A DNA stretch of 62,161 nt, the filler included, from Basidiobolus ranarum (lineage: Eukaryota), in NCBI GenBank assembly GCA_040143965.1. It is 2 parts of 2 records of this genome, joined end to end, with 100 filler letters (N's around TTAATTAATTAA, not from the genome) between each part and the next. Parts side by side here need not be neighbours in the genome. Positions count along the whole stretch, not along the records: positions 31,169 to 62,161 come from JASJQH010000093.1; 1 more part is not named here. One strand, written 5' to 3'. The position numbers and the translations under genes are program-made. This document shows, one piece after another, positions 38,566 to 52,337 of the stretch (positions within the stretch are counted from its first letter, which is position 1; the number at the start of each line of letters is the position of its first letter). The notes beneath the pieces were generated by a model. That model was not told where the DNA came from and ran no database searches. It saw only the letters and a program-made list of their open reading frames with translations.

Positions 38566-39054
38566 TTGGACTTTATCTGGTTGAACCTCCTTCACTATTC
38601 CAATTTCATATATATATAAGCATCAATTTTCAAGCGTGCATCTTTGCTTTCTCAATTTCTTTATTTTATCTTTACTTTCATTTCACAAAGTACATTCCCC
38701 ATTATTTAATAAAATCTTTATTTACAATCACGTGACCAAGTCCATCTGGATTTAGTGGTTAGAAATTTAGTAAAATTCGAGGTAAATGATGTCAGTTTCC
38801 CGCAAGAACAAGCGTAATTAATTCTCACTAGAGCCGATTCGAGATTTCTATCGTAGATGGCGCCATATAAAAGAACATTGAGCAAATGGATTCGACTTCG
38901 ACATGAGCCACTTATTGCGTGTTATTGAGTTAAAAATAATGATTATACGAGTGAAACCGTTGTTATTGCTACATTGCTGATATCAGATAGAGAATGTATA
39001 AATATACCCGATAGCCTGAAATGAACTTCATTATCAACATTGGACTATTACAAT

Positions 39055-40166
39055 ATGACTACCCAGGGACATTCAGCCACCTCAGTTACTACCGCTAATA
39101 GCGGACTTGCCATTAAGGGCGAGTATATCCAAGGATTCAATGCTCATGCCGACCATAAGAACCTATTGGATGCTGTTACCAAACGAACCGACTTGACTCC
39201 ATCAATTGGAACAGAGTTGGAAGGTGTTCAACTTGCCGAGTTAACGGACTCGCAACTAGAGGACCTTCTTTCTCTTGCTGCCGAGCGCGGTGTAGTATTC
39301 TTTAGAGATCAAAATCTCAACCAGGAAGATTCTCTAAAGCTTGGGAGTAAACTAGGTAAGAATTTCAGGATTTTATTGAGAAGTGTCGCTATGGTCGATC
39401 AATATCTCATTTCAATTACACATTAGGCCCTCTTCATGTACACCCATTTATATCTTCACCTGATGGCAAGCCACAACTGTTGATCCCTGACGCTACAGGT
39501 AGACGTCAGGCTTATGATGAGACCATTAATCGTAATGGCGGCTGGCATACGGACATTTCGTTTGAAGAAACACCGGCCTCTATCTCGATTTTGCAACTTA
39601 AAAAGGTTCCTCCTACTGGTGGGGACACACTCTGGTCAAACGCATATGCATTATATGACAAACTATCTCCAGAGTTTCAAAAATTCTTGGAAAAGCTTAC
39701 GGGTATCCACAGCGGAGAGGGATTTATTAAACTATCTGAATTGAGTGGTCGGCCGCTAGTTAGACCAGTTCCTACTAACACTGAACATCCAGTGATTCGC
39801 ACCAATCCTATAACCAAGCAAAAGGCTTTATTCGTCAACCCAACGTTTACCAAGTCTATTAAAGAGCTGAATCCCACTGAGTCCGATCTGGTTCTTAAAC
39901 TCCTATTCAATCATGTAACCAACAACCATGATGCCCAGGTTCGCTTTTCTTGGACCCCAAATTCCGTGGCTGTATGGGATAATCGCAGTACCCAACACAT
40001 TGCCACTCCTGATTATTATCCTTATGAGAGATATGGTGAGCGCGTGACTGTTTTGGGTGAGAAACCATACTTCGATCCAGAAAGTACAACCGAGGCTGAG
40101 GTAAATGCACCTAAAATTGCTGCTCTTCTAAAGCAGTTGGAACTTGAGCAATCACAAGTAGCATAA
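39055..40166 (+). CDS. TauD/TfdA-family Fe(II)/2-oxoglutarate dioxygenase (sulfonate/taurine type); 2 exons
   Basis: 'LTPSIGTE', 'AERGVVFFRDQ', 'WHTDISF' (HxD), 'GGDTLW', 'HPVIRTNP', 'WDNRSTQH'. Confidence 0.93.
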
Positions 40167-40403
40167 ATTTCTCTTATAACGATGTTAAGCATGAAAGTCT
40201 TGAAATAAACCATATGTTAAGAATGAAATTATCCCATTGACATGCATACATTTTAAAGCTCAATTCTTTGGACAGTCAGATAATAATCCATTGGTAATTG
40301 CTAAATATGGATTCTGGATTTTTACACTAGAAATCTAGGATGTTTATTTAGATTTCGAAGTGATAATATGCGCTTATAGAAGGTTATCATTGCAACAGTC
40401 AGA

Positions 40404-43212
40404 ATGGACTTTGAGAAATTAGTAGATCGTTACCGAGACAAGTTAAATAGTCAACTTAAACGCAGAGCAGCACATCAACCTCAGAAGAATCATGTCGACA
40501 TTATTCCTTGGTAAATAAACTAGACTGTCTTTTAACTGAGAAAAAGGATTAAAGGATACGTTATTATAGGACTTGGGTTGCCGGAAAACTTACCTCTTTA
40601 CTATACGAGTACCCTTCGGGTCTTACAGATGCCATCGTTTGTTCAGAACTGGAATTGCAAGTAAATGGTTTTTATTTTGATAAAAGAACCACTCATTTTC
40701 GAGTAAATAACCGCTCTAGTACCATAGTGGGAAGAAAGTAGCGTAGAATTTAAACGAGGTGTATCTAAGAGTACGCGAATAATTCTCAAGTATTCTCGTA
40801 AACTTTCAACTTCTAAAGCAATTCATATTTAGAATTTGGAACGATTGATTCCATGTTGGAAGCGACAATGTCAGTGGATAATATCTTTGAAGTTGAGATC
40901 AAAAGTGTACGTACATTACCTGGAACACGAACCTATATCCTTTATTTTATGATACAGACGATATTGAACTCCCTGGCTCCATAACTTGTCATAATCTTCC
41001 ATAACTCTATCTTTCACGTGTGATAACTCTAGTCGACCAAAAAAGTCCACATCATTTAGATATGTATTTACATCAAAAATTCTACTTTTTAACGAATGAG
41101 GACTACAAGGGGCTTTTCAGTCAAGTAATTTCTTACAACACATTGTCTCACTATAGTATTGGTGGTAACTAGTTCTTATATCTTCTTTCACATTATTCCA
41201 ACTAGGTCCAACGACAAATACGAATTACTGGGATTCGATTGCTCGAAAATGCCAGTCGGTTTCCTCGTTTGTTGCCCACGGAGATGATGATATTCATGCT
41301 GTCAACTGAAAACCTGTATGACAGAAGATTCATCAAGGAAGAGCTTGAAGTGGATAAACTTGAGGACGTAAACAAACCAGCCATAACACAAGGAAGAGAT
41401 TACAAATTTTGGGTCAAGGTTAGTTGGTTTATTGATTAGCTACTTCCAATGATGTACCATTAATCATCTATTTTAGATCGTTCACATCGGTTCTGAACAG
41501 GCGGGTGGTATACCAGGACGATTAAAGAAGTTGAAGATCTTTGTCAATGATATGTCCACTAACGAAAATGCGGTGTTTTTACTGTGGGATGAACAAATTG
41601 CCATGAGAGATTTGTTTAAAAAGGTTATATGAACCTACTTGATTTCAAACTGAACTTCTTATTGCTAACCCTTTGAACATTATTGATTTTAGGGAGATTA
41701 CTTGGGTCTCCATAGGCCTTACATCAACAGTAATTCAGCGTACAACGATGATATGCTAATTCTTGAATATGGAACTGGCACAGTATTGTTTTGTTTGCCT
41801 TCAGACTTTTCTCAAGTAATTATATCTTTCCTTGGTTTTTCCTATTTCTATAGCTAACAACTGTTTCTTTCAGGAAGTAGTTTCCAGCTCTATGCCAAGC
41901 CAAAGTGGTTTCAGTCAGACAACAGTCCCACGGGATGATTTTGTACGTCAACGGTACTTATTTAACTCGAATATTTGATGAATTAACTCAGTAACTTTCC
42001 ATAGGGTCTTTTGGATTACAAATATTATCCAGAAAGAATACATATACACGACTTGAAGCCAAAAATGATTAATATCACATTGTTTGGTAGAATTGTTGCA
42101 ATGTCACAAAATGTAAGAATGTGACATTATATTCTCAGATGTGGTTTTGTGCTCTAGCCCATGTTTAATATATTCGAATTCGACGTAGATTCCTGTAGAA
42201 AAAAATGGGGTGATGATGGATCGCTTTGCTGTGAGAATCATTGATATCACTGGTAAACTATACACTATAATGAACTCATTCAGAAGTCACTTAATCAGAG
42301 TACTGAAATAACTTCTTAAGGCACCTGTGATATCACGCTTTGGGAGAAGATCGGCCACGAAGCAGCTCCTTTCCGGGTTGGTCATTATGTGCTTCTAGAA
42401 GGATTGAGTACTTCAGAGAGAAAGGAGAACGGGCAATGCTTTGTCAATGGGAGTGAGATACTGGGGTGCCAAGTAAAAAATGGTTAGTCGCGCCAACGAA
42501 ATCTCTTCTATATTATGTGATATTAAGCCTTATCCGCCTATTTAGTAAGTACACTGAAGGGGATTCTGGCTTCACCATCATTGCGTGAAATGATCCCTTT
42601 GAAGAGGGCGCTAGAGTATGATAACTTCTATTGTCGTAGCGTGATCGTTGGCTGGGAGCCTGGTGAATCGAAAGGAATTAGCTCCAAACAAGGGATACCG
42701 AACTTGATACTTTTAACTCGTATAGGTCTTTGCATTCGTATTGAGAGATAATCACAAACTTAAAGTACTACTCTTTTTCATAGATAACGCTTGCAAAAGA
42801 ACTGTCGTAGAGAAATCCGATTGGTTTTATTGTGAACACTGTAAAATCAGTATCAAAGATGACTCTGGTCTTGAGCCAATCTACAATATTACCTGGCATC
42901 TGGACGATGGTACGGAGTCTTTGAGCGTCCGGGGGTTGTGGAATGCAAACTTGGACATACTAGGTTTACCTGCTCAGGAATTTATGTTCGCTCCTAACGA
43001 GGAGGCGGAGTTAGTTTTGCAGCGAGCAATTGGGAAGGAAATATGGGCGATGGTTTGTCAAGTGGTAAGATTCACGACTGGTTTATGTAACTCTTGAGCA
43101 TAGTTCGAATCGCTAACTTTACTTCTAGAATCCTGAAGAATATATCCTTGGCGCTGCTCTATCACCCTGTTGTCCGATTGGGGAAGTGATGGAGCTTTTA
43201 GAGTCGCAATAG
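40404..43212 (+). CDS. Cdc24-type (S. pombe cdc24/plant homologs) multi-OB-fold ssDNA-binding protein; many short exons
   Basis: Spliced motifs 'PW|TWVAGKL...YPSGLTDAIVCSEL', 'RLLPTE', 'FLLWDEQI', 'LEYGTGT', 'LDYKYYPERIYIHDLKPKMINITLFG', 'DITLWE', and an RPA70C-like 'YCEHC...LDDGTESL' tail. Confidence 0.7.
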
Positions 43213-43538
43213 AATACTAGCTCATTGTGGTTGTGAAATCCTACTCAACACGATTATATTGACACTATGTTTCCAACAGTGCTATAAGCCTAAATAAGAG
43301 GAATAGACACATATCCTCTATATGATTAATATATATTTTTTGATCAGGGTAACCCTAACACTCAACGCTCATTAAGCAATAAAATGTTGCACAAATCCAT
43401 ATCAAGATCAGAGTAACCATTTCGATTCTGCGTATAATGTAAGGGCTTTTAATGAGATCAGATTTTGGCGGTATTATCTCGTACTTCGATTTGGTCACAA
43501 TATAGAAACGAGTAAGTGTGCACAAGTACATAAAATGA

Positions 43539-43560
43539 GTGTGTGTGTGTGTGTGTGTGT
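43539..43560. repeat. (GT)11 microsatellite
   Basis: Seen directly. Confidence 0.95.
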
Positions 43561-43657
43561 ATCGATATTTAATATAACTAATGATGGCCATCTTGCAGGA
43601 TATGTAATGTACGAGGGTAATAGAGAGTCACAAACTTGTCAAATAATGAACAAAGGT

Positions 43658-44542
43658 TTACAATTTTGCCCGGATCAGACCGGTAGGCGCGGTTTCAACT
43701 TGAACTGGATTGGAGATACGTCCGATTTTTTCAATTTCAACTTCACAGACATCACCTTCCTTCAACCAAACAGCAGGTTTGCGGGTACCCCCAACCCCTT
43801 GTGGGGTGCCAGTAAGAATAACCTCACCAGGTTGCAGAGTGGTACCTTGAGAGAGAAAGCTAACCAATTGGGCAACTGTGAAAATCATATCAGAAGTGGA
43901 GCTATCTTGCATGATCTGACCGTTCAAACGAGTTGAGAGTTTTAGCACTTGAGGATCAGGTATCAATGATCTATGTACAATGCAGGGCCCCATTGGCGAG
44001 TATGTGTCGAATCCTTTAGAGAAACACCATTGCCCAGAACCTAATGCAGGGCTTTGCCATTTACGTGAACTAACATCGTTACAAACAGTATATCCGAGAA
44101 CGTAGTCAAGGGCTTGTTGAGGAGTCACATCGCGACAAGCTTTGCCGATCACAACGGCAAGTTCTACTTCATAATCAGCCTCTTGGTTGCTAGCAACATG
44201 AGGGACAATGATTGGTTCTTCGGGGTGTTGAAGAGTACTAGAAGGTTTGAGGAAAACAATGGGATACTTAGGGATTGGGCTGTTGAATTCTTTGGCGTGC
44301 GCACTATAATTCAGACCAATTCCACGGAAAATGGGTACCTCTTCAAGAGGAGCAAGCAACTTTTGTACAGTCAGTTCACGGTCAGTCACTTTAGCAGTGC
44401 CACTGAATGGACAACCAGTAATCACTTTGGCCTTCAAACCCACAACAACCTTGGGCCACTCTTCATTTGTCAGAATTGGCTCCCCTTTATAAATCTCCCC
44501 ATCCTCACGAGCGATAAAGCGAATGATACGATTCCAAGACAT
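43658..44542 (-). CDS. Fumarylacetoacetate-hydrolase (FAHD) family protein
   Basis: 'IGLNYSAHAKE', 'FLKP', 'DYEVELAVVIGK', 'NDVSSR', 'KGFDT..PMGP', 'ILTGTP.GVG'; C-terminal AKL is a PTS1 signal. Confidence 0.93.
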   Translation of the reverse strand: MSWNRIIRFIAREDGEIYKGEPILTNEEWPKVVVGLKAKVITGCPFSGTAKVTDRELTVQKLLAPLEEVPIFRGIGLNYSAHAKEFNSPIPKYPIVFLKPSSTLQHPEEPIIVPHVASNQEADYEVELAVVIGKACRDVTPQQALDYVLGYTVCNDVSSRKWQSPALGSGQWCFSKGFDTYSPMGPCIVHRSLIPDPQVLKLSTRLNGQIMQDSSTSDMIFTVAQLVSFLSQGTTLQPGEVILTGTPQGVGGTRKPAVWLKEGDVCEVEIEKIGRISNPVQVETAPTGLIRAKL

Positions 44543-45336
44543 GCAGTAAGAAAGAATATTATCTACGAGCACAATGATGGAAGTAGCTAGCTCAATGTCT
44601 GAATTTATAATCAAAAATTTGCATCTAAAACTCTCTTTGCAATCTTCAGATCTCGTATACTTTGACGGGTATCATAAATTCTGGTACATCAGATTTCGAT
44701 AGTTTTCAATCTTCTCGTTAATTTACCTCATGACCAGCCACAAAATTCTTGAATAATTGCGTCCAAGACTGTATCGGATTGGAAGATACATCCATGTGTT
44801 ACGAGAGTTCCAATGATAAGCCACAAGAAATCAACGGGTGCGGTAAGAGATCGGAAGATGCCGGATAACTTGAAGCAAGAGCAAAGATAGTCTGCTCTTC
44901 GTTCAGCAACGCGACTTGCTACCCTTGTCTTCTCTGCCCACACGGAACCCTAACTAATCTTGATTGTGTGTGAGAAAGCATTGATATCTGTCGCATCTAC
45001 AGCAGCTTACTTACGATCGTATTAATTTCTAAACATCCCAAGTTACCCAGTATTTAAGCAGATCATGTGATCCTAATCATTACCTTTAGTCTAAGTGATT
45101 TGCCTCACTCACCTTAATAAACAACACTATTTGACATCCTACTTCTCAGAACACGAATCAAGTTTGGATTCACGAATTGGTACATGCGCGATGTAGTAAT
45201 AAGAAATGTGAAGTAACCGATGCGGATATGGATACAGACATGGATACGAGTAAATTGACGGTAATCAAACTAGCTGTCACCGAGAAGCTAACCAAAGTTA
45301 TGCAGGTCAGATGACTCTATCGAAATGGATTGCGAG

Positions 45337-45398
45337 TAGGAAGAGGGTAGGGGAACATATAAACTAGGAAGAGGGTAGGGGAACATATAAACTAGGAA
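45337..45398. repeat. Perfect 28-bp tandem duplication
   Basis: taggaagagggtaggggaacatataaac x2 + taggaa; an 11-bp repeat (cattcactaca) follows at ~45432-45462. Confidence 0.85.
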
Positions 45399-46104
45399 TC
45401 CATGGATGCTTCGTGATGTATCAATAAAAGCCATTCACTACACATTCACTACACATTCACTATAGCACTGCATCGTTTTATTGTCTTTTGGTACAACCCT
45501 AATTGTAAGCGTCACTTAATAATTGGCTCATTATTATATCAGAAGGTGGCACAATAAGACATTTGTCGATTGCCAGATTAATTGGATTGATTTTCTGAAT
45601 AGACTCTCTGTTTCTTATTATATTGCGAATTGTGATGATTAATGTGCGCTTCAAATACCCTTCAAATATGATATGGTGTGAAACATTCGGAATAACAAAT
45701 TCTAGCCAATTTTGTTGCTCTGTTCCTTTTTTAGCATTTACTCCAGATATATGTATTTTCTTTTATCTGGTGGAACTTCTTCTTAGTAACTCTCCTTAAC
45801 TTGGATATTTTCACTTCTGTAGGGGGACTGTTGTTTCCTTTATCTCTTCCACTTCCCCACTTGAACATTTAAAATACTGTTTCAACTAGCCTGTTCGCTC
45901 GGGTTTAGGGTATTTTATTCATCTAGGTGGTAGATTCTCGGTTTTTTCTGAGTTATTTTGTTTCTGTATAATCGTGAAATCGAAAACCTCCTTCCATTCT
46001 TTCTCACCAAATATTTACCTCTTAACAGAGCTGTACCATATAATTTACAAGTAGCCGCGAGGATATTCCCATTTTCTTGGCTCTGGTATAAAACTACCTA
46101 TAAT

Positions 46105-49077
46105 ATGAAAGCCAATTGTTCGGAGATATCCTGGGACAATAATATCAACCATGCGGAAGCTTGTGATATTCTGACTGAAGCTGGTGAAGAATACTTATGT
46201 ACCTCACCTAAATCTACCATTAGTTTGAATGATTCTGAAGCAGATACTTTGATTGCTGCTGAAGTGGAGAAGATTTTTCTTGACTTATTTCAAAGCGATC
46301 TATCCCTGTTTACTGATAATAATGAACTCAAATTTGGTCACTTGGTCACTGAACCGACTGGTCGATCCGATTATTTTGATACTGACTTTCTCACTCGAAA
46401 TCATGAAACTCAGGAAACAGTAGATGAAAAAAGTGAAGAGCAAAAAAGTAATTCTAGGTATTCTTTGAGAGGCTTTCAATTGTTTAAAACAATCAAGAAT
46501 GCCACCCCATCTCTTTCACGTTCTGACTCGACCAACTCTAAGGCCGTTGAAGATACTCTCTCAAATCAGGTGCAAGAGGAACCTGAGCAACTTGTTCAGG
46601 ACCACTTAGATGATGACACTTCCAGCAGACAAAACTCTGTCTGTAAGGGGAAGGGAGAGAAGCAGGACGAAATACCGGATGACTCTAAAGAAGAGGGTAT
46701 TACGATATTTAAATCGTTTCGAAAGCGTTCAAATACGCTTAATTCAAATTTCAAAAGTGCCAATTCCAATCGAGTTGAAAAAACTTCTAGTTCTCCTGGT
46801 AGAAATTTGAATCGCTTCAATTCATTAACCTCCATGTCCACCAAGACTTCGTTGAGTGGTACTCTTCAACCTGAGGCTACTTCCGTATCATTCTCTTCAC
46901 CACAAAAAGCAGCAGAGCCAAGCCGTTCTTTATCTACTAAAAGCAGAAAATCTTTTGCAAGCTTTCGCTCGTTTACTACTTTCACAAGTGATGAAAAGTT
47001 GTCGCGAAGCTCTACTCAAAAAAGCCAGTTTTCTACCAATTCGATGAGCTCCTGGTCTTCGGTTTCTACCAAGCAGGATAAAAGTAAAAGTATGGAGATG
47101 ATAAGAAGTAGTGTATTCGTTCCTTTGGATATCCCAAAAAATCTTGGTGATTTTTCTGCTTCATCCATATTGAATGAGCTTGGAATTGACGATAAAGAAG
47201 TAAAACGTTCTCAAAGTTTGAACAGTCCATTGAAAACTGCTGAGACACGTTTCCTAAGAAAGAACTCATCATCCATAGACCTTCCTTTGGTGAGTGATTG
47301 GGATAAAAAGGGAGGTTTCAAAGTGCCTCTCCCAACCACGGTATGTTTGTAAATGCTAATGCAGCTTTGGTATAGCGTTAGCAATTAATAATTTTGTTTG
47401 AACTCTTAATGTTATAGCGAAGAGAGTTTGTATCCTCTAGACAATTGGTTAGTTGAATCTTTTATATACGCCGGACAATGATAGCAGGCTAATCATGTGA
47501 ACGATTTTAATAGAGCCAGTCCCTTCGGCCAAGTTGCAATGAAGCGCGCTACTTTGTCGCTGAAGAGATTTTTAATACGGAGATTAGCTATCTGGAAAAC
47601 CTTGAGATCATCCTTAATGTATGCTTGATTCGCCCTTGATTAACTCTTTTTGCTACGTCAATACTTAATCATTTCGACTTCGGCTTTCATGTAGACCTTT
47701 ATGATTCCGATTCAAGACATGGCAAGGACATCCGACCCAATTGTCCGCCCTCATGATACCAAAATAATTTTCCAAGGCATTGAACCCCTGTACAAACTTA
47801 GCCAGGAGCTATGTTATGAGTTGAAGCATAAGATCGAGAATTGGAGTCAAGATTCACGTATTGGATGTCTATTTTTGAAACACAAAAAGTCATGGGACAT
47901 TTATCCCAGGTTTGTCGATAACTACTCGTTTGCTCGAGAAGCCATTCAAAGGGCCGAGGGAACTACTTCATTCGGGGAATTTATAAAGGTATATGGATAT
48001 TCCAAGAAACGCATGTATAAGCCTAGATACTCACTCATTGATGCTCTTTAGAACGTTGCCAAGAACGATACCAAGCGTCAAACGCTGAAAGAGTTTCTGA
48101 TTATTCCTATCCAACGTGTAACTAGATACACACTGCTACTGAAAGGTACTCCTGCTGCTTCCATAATATATCCCTCTTTCATCGCGAGCATGTTCTAACC
48201 AATCTACCAGATCTTCAAAAACAAACACGAGAAGACCATCCAGATTACCCTGAAGTTACCCAAGCTTTGAAATTCATGAAGGATCTCGCCGTCCAGGTAA
48301 ATGAGGTGAAGCAGAAAGAAGAGGAGAGAACTCAGTTGTTTGCAATATTCAATAGCATTCGAAATTGTCCGGTATGAATATCCATATGTTTATGTTGGGC
48401 CAGGTTCGAGATATTAATGATGATCTTTAGCCTACGATGATCAACTCCAAACGAAGATTCATGTTGGAGACAGATCTTACAGAAACCCGGACGAATCGAA
48501 AGCTACACCTTGTTCTATATTCTGATTATCTAATGTTAGCAACACCTGGCAAAGGCCGGCAAACAAAGGCGGGAGAGAAATGGGCTTTTCTTAGATTGAT
48601 CGATTTACGTCACATCATTCTGTTCAATGTACCTGACACCAAAGGTATGTCCTTATTTTGAGCTCCTCTCAAGTGGCAAAGCCATGTGATGGCTAATAAG
48701 TGTTTCTCTTGACTTTAGATGCGAATAATCTTACGGTGATATTTGTCTCCAATCCTATCCCCACTGCTGAACCTGACTGCGTTGAGCCGATAGGATCCCA
48801 ATCATGTTTGCCACCCAATCCAACCTATGTTTCTCAAAGTTCACCTCCACCTTCTCCACGTAGTTCCTCTCGCACTTCCTTCGTAGAATCCCGGAAGAGA
48901 TCATTTTCCAAGAAGCAAATACCCAATCAATACGTTTTCCAACACCCCGATCGCAAATCCAAGGTAGAATTTTTGATTGCACTTGAAAACGAACTGTCGA
49001 ATATTCGCAAGAGGTTAGGTGGACAACCTCGGAATTTTATTCAAACGTTCAATCATCTTCCATTGGATACATTCTAA
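46105..49077 (+). CDS. Dbl-family RhoGEF (Ser-rich N-terminus, DH-PH); multi-exon
   Basis: 'AEEIFNTEISYLENL', 'IIFQGIEPL', 'IGCLFL', 'LKEFLIIPIQRVTRYTLLLK', 'HPDY', 'QVNE'; PH 'LVLYSDYLMLA'. Confidence 0.9.
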
Positions 49078-49771
49078 ACAATGGCACCTCTACTCCATTT
49101 CTCTATTCATTTATTATTGGCATTTTTTACAATTTTGAGCCCCCACTACGACCCTTTCGAATGTAAATTTGTTAGTATAGACCTCATCAAGTTTCTTCTA
49201 CAGTGCCTACATCCACATAATCTCACCCCCTCCTTATTCTAAATATTGACATGTAAACTTTCCCTGATCCCCTAAAAATACGACGACTGTAAAAAAGTGC
49301 TTTATTCACTCCACCACCCCACCCCCTCGTTTTAATGGAATTTATAAAAGATCCTTACAAGAGGATTTCGTATCACTCAGAATCACTAGTAAATCGAATA
49401 CTACATGTTAATTTAAGAGTGAAGATTTCTTGTTGATCGCCATAATGGCTATTGCAGGAGTCCATCCCCGAATATTGTTTTGAGATACATATTGTACCCC
49501 AGGAAGGTCGAGATAAGCAGAGTTGTGCACGAACCATCGGTCCTTCATTGCAATCCCGTTATATGGGATTCTTTCATAAACTAGTTCAACTTACTTAAAT
49601 CCTGATGAAAGGTGATTAAAGTTATACCACTCTGATGAGAAGCGATTAACTCTAGATCATTTAATTAATCAAAATTCACTGGGATCATCAAAGATATCAA
49701 TTAACATGATCACAAATGATATCAGTTGTAAAAGTACATAAATACCCAAGTAAGTATTGAATTTATATTCA

Positions 49772-52337
49772 ATGGAGGAGAAAATCTTTACCCCACTTAT
49801 AGCTAGACCAGGTGTATGTAAAATTGGGAAGGTGGTCAAGATCGAGACAAATCACTGCCAATTTAGTTCACAAAGACCTATGGACATATATCATTATGAT
49901 TTATCCATCTTTCCAGAGATTAAGAATCCAACCGTGAATAGAACATTGTTTGAAGAAATTAAACGAAGGTATAAAGATACCTTATTTGGTAGATACACTC
50001 TGGTTTATGATTCTGGTAAGAATGTCTATTCAAATGGTCTTTTACCTTTTGGGGAGGCAACTAGCGTGGAGGTAACTCGCTTAAAATTCCATCCCAGAGT
50101 CCCATTGTTAACAAGTATTCAAGGAACAATTGGAGGCTACCTCAGTCAAGCCGGGTACTACCTATACGATCAAGTTAGTTAGAGTGGCCAAGATTCCAGT
50201 TCAAGCTCTTTTGGACTTTTTAAACGGTCGTTCGGGCCAGACATCGGCTAGTTTATCTTTTATCACCGCTATGGATGTACTCTTGAGGTATTATACTTCC
50301 ATGGATTATTTTATCTGGGGAAATTCCATTTTCAGACCAGGTAAGAGCCACTCTTTAGGTGGTGGATTGGAGGCTTGGCGTGGTATATATCAATCGGTTA
50401 AACCAACTAGAGGTAAGCTATTACTGAACATCAATTCCACCGCAACCGCCTTTTACACCCCTGGCCCGCTACTGGATAGCATCGTAAATGTGTTGGGACG
50501 TCGAAACCCACGAGAATTAAGGTCAGGATTCACTGGTGAAGAAAGATCACATCTATTAAAGTTCTTCAAAGGAGTGACCATTAAAACCACTCATCGAGGG
50601 GCCAAGAATTTCAAGTACAAATTCGAGGGATTCTCGGAGAAAGGCGCGGATCAGACGTTCTTTCCTTCGAAAGATAGCGAATTGGACATTGGTGTTTCAA
50701 CTTACTTCCATCAGACCTATAATATGAGACTGAATCATCCAACACTTCCATGTGTACTGGTCAAAAAGGGACAGGTTTGCTTACCGATCGAGGTTTGTGA
50801 AATTATCCCAGGTCACCGTTATAATGCGGCTAGATTAACCGAAGAGCATATCAGCAACATGATCAAATTTTCAGCCATGAGTCCCTCAAATCGAATCAAC
50901 GTAATCAACGACGGAATACGTACGTTAATCAACACCAACGGAAGTAACTTGGAAAAGTTCGGAGTGAGAGTAGACAATCGTATGATGAGAATCGAATCTA
51001 GAATCTTGGATCCACCAACATTACAATTCCATGAGAGTACTCCGAATCTTACTCCCGGTACAGGCATTTGGAATATGAATAATAAAAGACTTCATCGTAC
51101 AGTTCCACTGAAGGTTTGGTCCGTGGTGAGCTTTGCTTCTCGTGCCGAGCAGCACATCAAACCTTTCCTGTACGAGTTGATTGATACCGGAAGGCACATG
51201 GGTATGGCAGTGGAGATGGATACCCCTCCAATTCTCCAGGCATCACGCGACGAGACTATCGAAGAAATACTAAAGAAAGCCTGGTACAGAGCGCACCATC
51301 AATCCGAAGATATTCCCCAGATCATACTCTGCATTCTGCCGGTGCGTGACCCTAGATTGTATTCCGAAATCAAGCAGGTAAGTGAGACCTCAATTGGGGT
51401 AATCACGCAATGTGTAGTTGCTCGAAATGCATTGAACCCAGGTCGTGGTTATAAAATGTTTCTGTCTAATTTGTGGTTAAAGATCAATACAAAATTGGGA
51501 GGGATAAATGTTCGGCTTAGTCAGCAGTCTAATATCACTCCAAAAATGACAACCGATGTTCCTATGATCGTGGGTATCGATCTCTCTCATCCTAGCCCAT
51601 TTGATAAACTTTCCCCTACCACAGCGGCGGTTGTAGTCTCCATCGATTCAAGTTTCGCACGCTATGTTACTTCGTTTAGAGCACAAGAGGCAAGAAAAGA
51701 AACAGTAGCCGATATGGGATCCATGATGAAAGAGCTACTGCTGTTGTACAAACAACAATGCGGAAAATACCCCGAACAAATAATCATCTATAGAGATGGG
51801 ATTTCCGAAGGACAGTTCGAAGAGGTAAAGCTTCGTGAAATCCGACCAATTTACGAGTTATTCGAAAAAGAAAAGCAACCCTTGAAAGTGACATATATAG
51901 TAGCCAGAAAACGTCACCATACCTTATTCTTTCCTACCGAAAGAGCATTCACCGATAACTCAGGGAACTGCAAGCCAGGGACTCTAGTTGACACCACCAT
52001 AACCCACCCAAGTGAGTTCGACTTTTATCTACAATCTCACGCTGGAATACAAGGCACCTCTAGACCTTGCCATTATTACGTTATATATGACGATAATAAA
52101 TTTACCGCCGAGGAGTTACAAACGTTGACATTCAAACTTTGTTTCATTTATTGCCGTTCAACTCGTTCCACTTCAATCCCTGCCCCACAATACTACGCTC
52201 ACTTGGCCGCAGGACGCGCACAGCTTCACTTCCGAAGTGGTTCCTGGAACGACCCGCGCAGTGAGGATGGCCAAGGAACCCAAGAAACTTACAGAGGAGT
52301 CAAGCACGAATTGAAGACCCATATGTTTTACGTTTGA
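49772..52337 (+). CDS. ago: Argonaute (eukaryotic AGO clade), ~837 aa; exons 49772-50071 and 50124-52337
   Basis: N 'ARPG...GK...ETNH', 'YHYD', 'VYDSGKNVYS'; L1 'LGGGLEAWRGIYQSVKP'; PAZ 'LPIEVCEIIPG'; MID 'YSEIK','TQC','LKINTKLGG'; PIWI 'GIDLSH','RKE','YRDG','QSH..IQGTSRPCHY','YAHLAA'. Confidence 0.97.

Noticed and set aside
43535-44590. Long plus-strand ORFs opposite the FAH gene (similar antisense ORFs overlap GUS1, Lon and rap1)
   Set aside because: Antisense shadows of real coding sequence.
49595-49665. Two CTGATGA motifs upstream of Argonaute (hammerhead or C/D snoRNA?)
   Set aside because: I could not build hammerhead stems or terminal C/D stems.
49757-50182. Frameshift splitting Argonaute into two ORFs
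   Set aside because: Resolved by an in-frame GT-AG intron at 50072-50123.
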